Assembly (NCBI RefSeq): GCF_963921235.1
Contig: NC_086097.1
Location: 215,390,001 to 215,454,000, forward strand
Source: Mobula hypostoma
Taxonomy: Eukaryota
Direction: 5' to 3'
DNA: 64,000 nt
A program made the translations under genes and the position numbers. This document shows, piece after piece, positions 52,895 to 64,000 of the stretch; the stretch's first letter is position 1; the number at the start of each line of letters is the position of its first letter. A model generated the notes under the pieces. The model was not told where the DNA came from. It did no database searches and was given only the letters and a program-made list of their open reading frames with translations.

Positions 52895-55305
52895 TGGAAC
52901 ATAGAACATCGGCCCACAAAGCTGTGCTAAACATGTCCTTACCTTAGAAATTACCAAGGGTTACCCATAGCCCTTTATTCTTTTAAGCTCCATGTACCCG
53001 TCCAGGAGTCTCTTAAAAGGCCCTATCGTTTCCGCCTCCACCACCGTCGCCAGCAGCCCATTTTACGCACTCACCACTCTCTGAGTAAAATCTTACCCTT
53101 GACATCTCCTCTGTACCTATTTCCAAGCACCTTAAAACTGTGCCCTCTCATGCTACCCATTTCAGCCCTGGGAAAAAGCCTCTGACTATCCACACAATCA
53201 ATGCCTCTCATCATCTTATACACCTCAATCAGGTCACCTCTCATCCTCCATCTCTCCAAGGAGAAAAGGCCAATTCACTCAACCTATACTCATAAGGCAT
53301 GCTCCCCAATCCAGGCAACATCCTTGTAAATCTCCTCTGCATCCTTTCTATGGTTTTCACATCCTTCCTGTACTGAGGCGACCAGAACTGAGCACGGTAC
53401 TCCAAGTACTCTGACCAGGGTCCTATATGGCTGTAACATTACGTCTCTGCTCCTAAACTCAATCCCACGATCAATGAAGGCCAATACACAGTATGCCTTC
53501 TTATCCACAGAGTCAACCTGCATAGCAGCTTTGAGTGTCTTATGGACTCAGATCCCAAGATCCTTCTGATCCTCCACACTGCCAAGAGTCTTACCATTAA
53601 AAATATATTCTGCTATCATATTTAACCTACCAAAATTAACCAATTATCTGGGTTGAACTCCATCTGCCACTTCTCAGCCCAGTCCCAGTTTTGCAAACCT
53701 ATCAATGTCCCACTGTAGCCTCTGACAGCCCTCTACACTATCCACAACACACCCAACCTTTGTATCATCAGCGAATTTACTAACCCATCCCTCCAATTCA
53801 TCATCCAGATCACTTACAAAAATCACAAAGAGAAGGGGTCCCAGTACAGATCCCTAAGGCACACCACTGGTCATCAGCCTCCATGCAGAATAGGACCTGT
53901 CTACAACCACTGTTTGCCTTCTGTGGGCAAGCCAGTTCTGGATCCACAAAGCAATGTCCCCTTGGATCCCATGCCTCCTTAATTTCTCAATAAGCCCTGC
54001 ATAGGGTACCTTATCAAATGCCTTGCTGAAATCCATATACACTACATCTACTGCTCTACCTTCATCAGTGTGTTCAGTCACATCCTCAAAAAATTCAATC
54101 AGGCTCGAAAGGCACAACCTGCCTTTGACAAAGCCATGCTGACTATTCCTAATCATATTATACCTCTCCAAATGTTCATAAATCCTGCCTCTCATGATCT
54201 TCTCCATCAACTTACCAACCCTGAAGTAAGACTCACTGGTCTAGTCATAGTCATAGTCATAGTCATACTTTATTGATCCCGGGGGAAATTGGTTTTCGTT
54301 ACAGTTGCACCATAAATAATAAATAGTAATAGAACCATAAATAGTTAAATAGTAATATGTAAATTATGCCAGTAAATTATAAAATAAGTCCAGGACCAGC
54401 CTATTGGCTCAGGGTGTCTGACCCTCCAAGGAAGGAGTTGTAAAGTTTGATGGCCACAGGCGGGAATGACTTCCTATGACGCTCTGTGCTGCATATCGGT
54501 GGAATGAGTCTCTGGCTGAATGTACTCCTGTGCCCACCCAGTACATTATGTAGTGGATGGGAGACATTGACCAAGATGGCATGCAACTTAGACAGCATCC
54601 TCTTTTCAGACACCACCGTGAGAGAGTCCAGTTCCATCCCCACAACATCACTGGCCTTACAAATGAGTTTGTTGATTCTGTTGGTGTCTATAATTTCCTG
54701 GGCTATCTCTACTCCCTTTTTTGAATAAGGGAACAATATCCACAACCCTCCAATTCTCCGGAACCTCTCCTGTCCCCATTGATGATGCTAAGATCATCTC
54801 TAGAGGCTCAGCAATCTCCTCCCTCACCTCCCACAGTAGCCTGGGGTATATCTCATCCAGTCCCGGTTACTTATCCAACTTGATGCTTTCCAAAAGCTCC
54901 AGAACATCCTCTTTCTTAATATCTACGTGCTCAAGTTTTTCAGTCCGCTGTAAGTCATCCCTACAATCGCCAAGATCATTTTCCGTCGTGAATACTAAAG
55001 CAAGGTGTTCATTAAGTACCTCTGCTATCTCTTCCTGTTCCATACACACTTTTCCACTGTCACACTTGATAGGTCCTATTATCTCACGTCTTATCCTCTT
55101 ACTCCTCACATACTTGTTGAATGCCTTAGGGTTTTCCTTAATCCTGTCCGCCAAGGCCTTCTCATGGCCCCTTCTGGCTCTGCTAATTTCATTCCTAAGC
55201 TCCTTCCTGCTAGCCTTATAATCTTCTAGATACCTATCCTTACCTAGTTTTTTGAACCTTTCGTAAGCTTTTCTTTTCCAGACCAGATTTACAACTTTGT
55301 ACACC
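52895..55305 (-). mobile_element. CR1 LINE, 5'-truncated and frameshifted, interrupted at 54242-54688
   Basis: ORFs 54867-55331 (IKENPKAF), 53854-54210 (DFSKAFDKV) and 53071-53259 (RMRGDLIEVYKM). Confidence 0.93.
54242..54688 (-). mobile_element. Rex1/Babar-like family B 3' fragment nested in CR1
   Basis: (TAGTCA)4 tail and DTNRINKLI..ASDVVGMELDSL. The host rejoins at ggt-cta-taatttcc. Confidence 0.9.
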
Positions 55306-56244
55306 AAAGAATATGATGTCTTCTTTAGCACAAAGTCTACTTTTGTAATTGCATCGTTCCCTGCTTCAGTTAATTAACGCAAATGGATCATCAGGGAGAT
55401 TCCTCCAATAACCTCCAGTAACCATGAGCAAACAGCGGTGAAGAATACAGAAAGCATGACATTGATACATGGTCTGTTATGTACAGGGGAGTCTAGACAG
55501 AAAAGTCAAGTGTTTTCTCAGCGTAACGTATCATGTGCAGATAAGCTTCATACAGGTGACATGTGCACTTGATCAGGACCATTGAAGCACCTGGTAGCTA
55601 AAAGCTCTTTTGCTTCAGTGACTCAAAAATCGAGGCCACAGTTGACCAGCACATAATGAAAGCATCGTGACCACTGCTAAAATACCAGATTGCAAATCGT
55701 TGTATGTATGGGCAGGCACAGTTATTCTTAGCTCCTTCCTCTTCATCAGTCACAAGCTGCCCTGGGTTATGTTACTTCCTTCAGCCCTTGGTATCCTCTT
55801 CAAATGGACTAGCAATGCAAAGCCACTCAAAAACATCAAAGAACAAGCATGCTGCCTTGAAGAAGCTGCAGCTGGAAGGTAATCAGCAAATAATCAGCCA
55901 GCAAATAATAATCCTTTTAAACAGTGCTGCTGCAACCAATTAGACACCCACAGTGCCCAAACAGTGGATGATACATGGACACATTTTATAATTTTGGCCA
56001 CATTTAATATCTTGGTAATATTTTGTGTTTTGTTACTCTCCTTTGTCAGCCTTCTTTGAAGATTCCCTACTTTAAGACCATGGCCTTTATAGTCTTCGTC
56101 AGCAGGAGAGGCATGAAATGTAACGTGGAGAACAAGATCACAAATGTTTTGTCCAAGGGTTCGCTGCTGCAGAACTTTACTCTTCAAGGCATACAGTCTC
56201 ATGTGCAATGTAGCAGGCTTTGCAAGTTTAATGTGACCTAACAT

Positions 56245-57940
56245 TCACAATGAGGCTGCTTAACAAACTATGAGCCCATGGTATTGCAGAAAAGATCCTA
56301 GCATGGATAAAGCTGTGGCTGATTGGCAGGAGGATAGGAGTGGGGATAAAGGGAGCCTTTTCTGGTTGGCTGCAGAGACTAGTGCTGTTCCATGGGGGTC
56401 TGTGTTGGCACCGATTATTTTTACATTATACATCAGTGATTTGGATGATGGAATTGATGTCTTGTTGCAAAGTATGCAGACGATATGAAGATAGGTGGAG
56501 GGGCAGGAAGTCTTGAGGAAGTAGAGAGGCATCAGAAGGATTTAGACAGATTAGGAGAATGGGCAAAGAAATGACGGGTGGAATATAGTGTTGGTTATGC
56601 ACTTTGGTAGATAAAATGCAAGGGCTGACTATTTTCAAATTGGAGAGAAAATACAATAAATTGTGGTGCAAACAGACTTGGGAAACCTTGTGCAAGATTC
56701 TTTAAAGGTTAATTTGCAGGTTGAGTCTGTGGTGAGGAAGGCAAATGTAATGTTAGCATTCATTTCAAGAGGACTAGAATATAAAAGCAAGGATGCAATA
56801 TTAAGACTTCAGAAAGCACTGGTGAGGCATCAGTTGAAGTATTGTGAACAGGTGTAGGCCCTTTATGTTAGAAAGGATGTGCTGAAACTGGAGAGGATTC
56901 AAAGGAGGTTCACAAAAATGATTCCAGGATTGAATGGCACATCATATGAAGAGCATCTGATGGCTCTGGGCCTGTATTTACTAGAATTCAGAAAATTGAG
57001 AGGTGATCAATTGAAACCTATCAAATGGTGAAAGGGCTTATAGAGTGGGTGTGGGGAGGATGTTTCCTGAGGTGGGAATGTCTAAGATCAGAGGATACTG
57101 CTTCAGAATAGAGGGACATCCTTTCAGAATGGAGATGAAGAGGTATTTTTTTGCCAGAGAGTGGTGAATCTGCAGAATTCTTTGCCACAGATGGCAGTAG
57201 AGGCCAAGTCCTCATGTATATTTAAGACAGAGGTTGATAGATTCCTGATTTTTTAAAGAATAAAGGGATACGGGGTGAAGGCAGGAGACTGAGGCTGAGT
57301 GGAAAATTGGATCAGCCCTGATGAAATGGCAGAGCAGACTCAGTGGGTCAACTGGCCTAATTAGGCTCCCATTTCTTATGGAAGGCACTGGCGTGGAGGG
57401 CTACCAACGACATGAAGGAAATCTGGAAGTCAAACCTGACCAGAGGGCTTAAAAAGAGGATTTTCATAGCAGTCATAGAGTCCATTCTCACGTACAGATG
57501 CAAGACGTGGACACTCACCAAGACGATGTGGAAGTCTCTAGATGGTTGCTATACACGAATGCTCCGGATGGCTCTTGACGTGAGTTGGCAACAGCACATG
57601 ACGAAGATCGAGCTCTATAACAACCTACCGATGCTCACCACTAAAATCGAGGCGAGAAGACTGCAACTAGCGGGGCACTGTCTATGTCACCCTGAGCTAC
57701 CTGCCAGCCTAGTCATCATATGGGAGCCCAAGCATGGGAGGATGAACCCTGGGCGCCCTCCCAAGACTATGGTCAACACGCCCCTAGGAGACAGCGGTGC
57801 GGCTAATGTAGATGAACTGAACACACTGATGAGGGAGAGGGAGAAGTGGAGAGTCCGTCATCGTGCCCAACACTGGCCCCCTAGGCCTGAGTCGACGTAG
57901 TAGTAGTAGTAGTAGTTCTTATGGTCTTTGGTCTTATTAT
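56245..57940 (+). mobile_element. Degraded CR1 (RT to 3' UTR) with an RTE insertion in its tail
   Basis: VPWGSVLAP, KYADD, KANVMLAFISRGLEYKS and a CR1 3' UTR. Confidence 0.9.
57382..57915 (+). mobile_element. RTE-clade LINE 3' fragment with (TAG)6 tail
   Basis: ORF 57412-57900 reads ESILTY.C.TWTLTK...LRMALDVSWQQHMT..ELY...RRLQLAGHC...GRPPKT. TSD TTCTTATGG at 57373-57381 and 57916-57924. Confidence 0.9.
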
Positions 57941-59158
57941 CTATATCTTAAGGTCCCGTGGTCTCTTGTGAACAGGACATACCTGGGCTATTTTCCACAT
58001 TGTCAGACAGAGACAGACTTAGAACCATACCAGAACGCTTAACAAAAAGCAAAGCTTGTTCAGGTGTAGCTGTTCATATATGAGCTGAGGCAATACCTGG
58101 TCTCATAGCATTTGCTGTATCCAGAGCTGTCAGCCAACTCCTTGAAATCAAGTGAATTAGGCAAAGAATGGCTTCAGACAAGTTAGGAAGGAGACAGAGT
58201 TGAATTATACATTGGGTGCTCTTGGCTGAATTTCTTTACTGGTACTCATGGTTGTCTTTCCTACTGATGTGCATTGCTATGAATTTCTGAATTTTCTCCT
58301 TCTCCCATTAATTGGATAATTTTCCACTGCTAGTCATGTCAGAGTGTGACAGGCCTGTGACTTTTTAACCAAATCTGTTGGTTAAAGGAGCACTAAAGTT
58401 GGCTTAACGGTTACATGATAGATGCCCATAAAATCATTAATGATCTGATAACTTGCCTATTAGTAGACCTTTCAGATTGAGGAGGATATCAAAATATAAT
58501 TTTAAACATTTGAACTGTACTAATAGACTGGATATCGGGGACATTTTCTTCCCCATGTCTCTAGTTGTGATGGGGACCATTTCTCTGCATACTCTCATGT
58601 GAGCTGGTTCAGAGATTGTCTCATAAAGAAGTAGTTTTTAAGGAACGTGACCTTCTGAACTGCCTTTGATTGTCTGAAACAGTTGAAGTATTTTATGACT
58701 TGTGTGGCTCAGGGATTTTTCTCTATTTTTCTGCCTTCCTCAGCAGATTACATGGTGGCAGAAGAGGTGGGAGTAAGCTGGTGTCTGATGGTGGTCTGTG
58801 AATGTGGCACTGGGTGCCAGGAGTCTCATGCAGACATTAAAGTTTTTGTGGTGCAGCTTTGCTGGCTTATCTAGCCTAATACTGCAGACCTTCATTTATG
58901 TGTTATATATCAGCTCCAGTATCCTTAGTAATTTGTAACCATGACTTTAACATAACATGTTAAATTGACCATACAATATTCAATTATTTGTATGATATTC
59001 AGGTATTTTAAGATCACAGTTAAGTACCTTCTATGCACTTAACATTAGCATTTATTCTCTTGCTTGTAACACAAATTTGCTTCACTCACTTCTTTAAATT
59101 CCTTAGTTAAGACTTAATTTCGCATTATTTTTGCCTAAGCCCCACTTCTGATGTGTTA

Positions 59159-59786
59159 TAGTCATAGTCATAGTTATAGTCATAGTCATACTTTATTGAT
59201 CCCGGGGGAAATTGGTTTTCGTTACAGTTGCACCATAAATAATTAAATAGTAATAAAACCATAAATAGTTAAATAGTAATATGTAAATTATGCCAGGAGA
59301 TAAGTCCAGGACCAGCCTATTGGCTCAGGGTGTCTGACCCTCCAAGGGAGGAGTTGTAAAGTTTGATGGCCACAGCCAGGAATGACTTCCTATGATGCTC
59401 TGTGTTGCATCTTGGTGGAATGAGTCTCTGGCTGAATGTACTCCTGTGCCCAACCAGTACATTATGTAGTGGATGGGAGACATTGTCCAAGATGGCATGC
59501 AACTTGGACAGCACCCTCTTTTCAGACACCACCGTCAGAGAGTCCAGTTCCATCCCCACAACATCACTGGCCTTACGAATGAGTTTGTTGATTCTGTTGG
59601 TGTCTGCTACCCTCAGCCTGCTGCCCCAGCACACAACAGCAAACATGATCGCACTGGCCACCACAGACAGGTAGAACATCCTCAGCATTGTCCGGCAGAT
59701 GTTAAAGGACCTCAGTCTCCTCAGGAAATAGAGACGGCTCTGACCCTTCTTGTAGACAGCCTCAATGTTCTTTGATCAGTCCAGTT
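59159..59786 (-). mobile_element. Rex1/Babar-like family B 3' fragment
   Basis: (TAGTCA)5-like tail. ORF 59317-59688 is nearly identical to the C-terminus of 26810-27505. Confidence 0.92.
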
Positions 59787-59881
59787 ATGAGAATGATAGT
59801 CCAAGAGCTTCTAGAACTAGATCAAATTAACTCTGTGTCTTTTCTAATTTTACATATTTTATAGTTCAAGAGAATAATCCC

Positions 59882-60268
59882 AGGAGTTTAGAAGAATGAT
59901 GGGGGATCTTATTGAAACATACCGACTATTGAAAGGTCTGGATAGAGTGGATATGGAAAGGATGCTTCCAAGAGTGGGGGAGTCTAGGGCCAGAGGGCAC
60001 AGTCTCAGAATAGAGGGAAGTCCCGTTTGAACAGGGATGAGGAAAAATTTCTTTAGCCAGAGGATGGTGAATCCATGGAATTGTTCGCCATGAACTGCTG
60101 TGCAGGCTAAGTCATTGATTATATTTAAAGCAGGGGTTGATAGGTTCTTGACTAGTCAGGACCTTAAAGGTTATGGGGTTGGATGGGATAGTAAATCTGC
60201 CATGCTGGAATGACAGAGCAGACTCGATGGGCCAAATGACCTAATTCTACTCCTAGGTTTTGTCTTAT
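59882..60268 (+). mobile_element. CR1 3' fragment
   Basis: EFRRMMGDLIETY...SRARGHSLRI...NFFSQRMVNPWN followed by the 3' UTR. Confidence 0.9.
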
Positions 60269-61074
60269 ATTAATGCCTCCGTTAATTTTGATAATGAAAT
60301 TTTATAACCAGCATTGGTTTTAAATATGAACTTTGACTTGCATATTTTGAAAGAAAACTTATTCAAATCACACGATCACATCATGATATTTTCCCAGTTA
60401 GAAATGTAACAATATATTACAGTTACAATGTATTTCCTAGGCAGAAAAGCCTTTCCAATTTGTCCTGCAGATGGGAATTTTTTCCCCCTAGCTTCTCTAT
60501 ATTCTATGAAAAAAAATACAATTGCTGCAGAAAATGGCAGCAAACATTTTTTTAGATTGAATTCAGCCCTTAATTGCTTGTGAAATCTGTGAGTTTCCAG
60601 ATCCTGCAGGCAATGCTTTCTGTCTAATTTCACTAGATTTCACAGGTTGTGCTTTTGCCAGTTTAAGACCAAGCTCCAATTTTCTGGGATCTGACCTAAT
60701 GAAAAACATATGGAGATATTATAATAACTGGACAACTCCCCTCCCACTTTAATTTTATGCCTAAATTTCAGCAGTGCTCATATATTACAAGTTTTAACTA
60801 GTAGCTGCCATTTGTACGCCTGGTCCAGCCAAAGGCAAGCAGATCTACATTATTTATGCATAGATCCCTAAAGTGACACACTTGTGTGCCTGAACAGAAT
60901 GTTTAATGTGTGTAATTGAAACTCCTCTTGACTGTACTTCAGTCAAGTTATAATTCCATTTCTATTAGAAAGCAAGCAGAGAAAAACGTGACACCTGAAA
61001 TAAATGTTTATATCCTAGACAGTTACAGGACTATTCCAGGGCATTCTTTGTTCTTTCCCTGAAATAGTCTTAAC

Positions 61075-61925
61075 ACTTAAGAGAACAATAACATTTAAGG
61101 GAGATTTTGGATAGGTACATGGATGGGAGGGGTATGGAGGGATATCGTGCAGGTGCAGGTAGATGGGACTAGTCAGAATAATAGTTCAGCACAGACAAGA
61201 TGGACCAAAGGGCCTGTTTCTGTGATGTGGTGCTCTATGACCATACACCATAAGATATAGGAAAGGCTATTTGGCCCATCAAGTTAGCTCCGCTGTTTCA
61301 TCATGGCTGATCCAATTTTTCTTTCAGCCCCAATCTCCTGCCTTCTCCCCGTATCCCATCATGGCCTGACCAATCAAGACTCTAATGAACTCTGCCTTAA
61401 ATATATATAGAATTGGCCTCCAGAGAAGCCTGTGGCAAAGAATTCCACAGATTCACCACTCTCTGGCAAAAGAAATTCCTCCTCATCTCCGTTCTAAAAG
61501 GACGCCCTCTACTCTGAGGCTGTGCCTTCTGGTCTTAGACTGCCACCATAGGAAATATCCTCTCCACATCCACTCTGTCAAGGCCTTTCACCATTCAATA
61601 GGTTTTAATTAGGTCACCTCTCATTCTTCTGAATTCCAGTGAATACAGGCCCAGAGCCATCAAATGCTCTTCATATGACAAGCCATTCAATCCTGGAATC
61701 ATTTTTGTGAACCTCTTTTGAACCCTCTCCAGTTTCAGCATGTCCTTTATAAGATAAGGGGCCCAAACCTGCTCACAATATTCCAAGTAAGGCCTCACCC
61801 AGTGCTTTTCTGAAGTCTCAATATTGCATCCTTCCTTTTATATTCTAGTCCTCTTGAAATGAATGCGACCATTGCATTTGCCTTCCTCACAACAGACTCA
61901 ACCTGCAAGTTAACCCTTAGGGAAT
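61075..61925. mobile_element. Two CR1 3' fragments tail-to-tail (+ 61075-61242; - 61243-61925)
   Basis: The + piece is a CR1 3' UTR. The - piece encodes RPYLEYCEQVWAPYL...GDLIKTY. Confidence 0.88.
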
Positions 61926-64000
61926 AGAAACATAGAAAATAGGTGCAGGAGTAGGCCATTCAGCCCTTTGAGCCTGCACCGCCATTTATTATGATCATGG
62001 CTGATCATCCAACTCAGAACCCCGCCCCAGCCTTCCCTCCATACCCGCTGATCCCCGTCGCCACAAGGGCCATATCTAACTCCCTCTTAAATATAGCCAA
62101 TGAACTGGCCTCAACTGCTTCCTGTGGCAGAGAATTCCACAGATTCACCACTCTCTGTGTGAAGAAGTTTTTCCTCATCTCGGTCCTAAAAGGCTTCCCC
62201 TATATCCTCAAACTGTGACCCCTTGTTCTGGACTTCCCCAACATCGGGAACAATCTTCCTGCATCTAGCCTGTCCAATCCCTTTAGGATTTCATACGTTT
62301 CAATCAGATCCCCGCTCAATCTTCTAAATTCCAACGAGTACAAGCCCAGGTCATCCAGTCTTTCTTCATGTGAAAGTCCTGCCATCCCAGGAATCAATCT
62401 GGTGAACCTTCTTTGTACTCCCTCTATGGCAAGGATGTCTTTCCTCAGATTAGGGGACCAAAACTGCACACAATACTCCAGGTGTGGTCTCACCAAGGCC
62501 TTGTACAACTGCAGTAGTACCTCCCTGCTCCTGTACTCGAATCCTCTCGCTATAAATGCCAGCATACCATTCGCCTTTTTCACCGCCTGCTGTACCTGCA
62601 TGCCCACTTTCAATGACTGGTGTATAATGACACCCAGGTCTCGTTGCACCTCCCCTTTTCCTAATCGGCCACCATTCAGATAATAATCTGTTTTCCTATT
62701 TTTGCCACCAAAGTGGATAACTTCACATTTATCCACATTAAATTGCATCTGCCATGAATTTGCCCACTCACCCAACCTATCCAAGTCACCCTGCATCCTC
62801 TTAGCATCCTCCTCACAGCTAACACTGCCACCCAGCTTCGTGTCATCCGCAAACTTGGAGATGCTGCATTTAATTCCCTCATCCAAGTCATTAATATATA
62901 TTGTAAACAACTGGGGTCCCAGCACTGAGCCTTGCAGTACCCCACTAGTCACCGCCTGCCATTCTGAAAAGGTCCCGTTTATTCCCACTCTTTGCTTCCT
63001 GTCTGCTAACCAATTCTCCACCCACACCAATACCTTACCCCCAATACCATGTGATTTAAGTTTGCACACTAATCTCCTATGTGGGACCTTGTCAAAAGCC
63101 TTTTGAAAATCCAAATATACCACATCCACTGGTTCTCCCCCATCCACTCTACTAGTTACAACCTCAAAAAATTCAATGAGATTCGTCAGACATGATTTAC
63201 CTTTCACAAATCCATGCTGACTTTGTCCGATGATTTCACCGCTTTCCAAATGTGCTGTTATCACATCTTTGATAACTGACTCCAGCAGTTTCCCCACCAC
63301 CGACGTTAGGCTAACCGGTCTATAATTCCCCGGTTTCTCTCTCCCTCCTTTTTTAAAAAGTGGAGTTACATTAGCCACCCTCCAATTCTCAGGAACTAGT
63401 CCAGAATCTAACGAGTTTTGAAAAATTATCACTAATGCATCCACTATTTCTTGGGCTACTTCCTTAAGCACTCTGGGATGCAGACCATCTGGCCCTGGGG
63501 ATTTATCTGCCTTCAATCCCTCCAATTTACCTAACACCACTTCCCTACTAACAAGTATTTCGCTCAGTTCCTCCATCTCACTGGACCCTCTGTCCCCTAC
63601 TATTTCTGGAAGATTATTTATGTCCTCCTTAGTGAAGACAGAACCAAAGTAATTATTCAATTGGTCTGCCATGTCCTTGCTCCCCATAATCAATTCACCT
63701 GTTTCTGTCTGTAGGGGACCTACATTTGTCTTTACCAGTCTTTTCCTTTTTACATATCTATAAAAGCTTTTACAGTCAGTTCTTATGTTCCCTGCCAGTT
63801 TTCTCTCATAATCTTTTTTCCCCTTCCTAATTAAGCCCTTTGTCCTCCTCTGCTGAACTCTGAATTTCTCCCAGTCTTCAGGTGAGCCACTTTCTCTGGC
63901 TAATTTGTATGCTTCTTCTTTGGAATTGATACTATCCCTAATTTCTCTTGTCAGCCACGGGTGCACTACCTTCCTTGATTTATTCTTTTGCCAAACTGGG
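61926..64000 (-). mobile_element. Young CR1 LINE continuing beyond the window; ORF2 is open except for one premature stop
   Basis: The 588-aa ORF 62200-63966 has all CR1 RT motifs. After the TAG at 62200-62202 the frame continues GKPFRTEMRKNFFTQRVVNLWNSLP. Tail (tagaaaca)n at 61925. Confidence 0.96.

Overview
This is repeat-rich, non-coding vertebrate DNA (intron or gene desert). The mix of young CR1 LINEs, Rex1/Babar LINEs and Penelope-derived short repeats suggests a cartilaginous fish, possibly a ray; that assignment is inference. I found no host protein-coding gene, rRNA, tRNA or CRISPR array, and every long ORF is transposon-derived. The most notable items are: (1) a decayed 5.2-kb Academ (AcademX-type) DNA transposon with DDE and XPG/FEN1-like nuclease domains, TAG...CTA termini and ~130-bp TIRs (34285-39481); (2) a Penelope-like element with GIY-YIG endonuclease, an inverted 3'-end duplication and a 15-bp TSD (21876-24025), plus several short related inserts carrying a minimal type I hammerhead ribozyme motif; (3) a palindromic Tc1 derivative made of two transposase 3' halves (30181-31798); (4) an R4/Dong-like fragment next to a (TAA)n tract; (5) a solo LTR with an internal 114-bp tandem repeat; (6) an RTE copy whose tail is a run of in-frame stop codons; and (7) a ~4-kb repeat-free island rich in nuclear-receptor half-sites, a candidate enhancer. 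These elements belong to known superfamilies. The specific families or architectures may be undescribed, but I cannot show a wholly new system from sequence alone. Boundaries of old relics are approximate.
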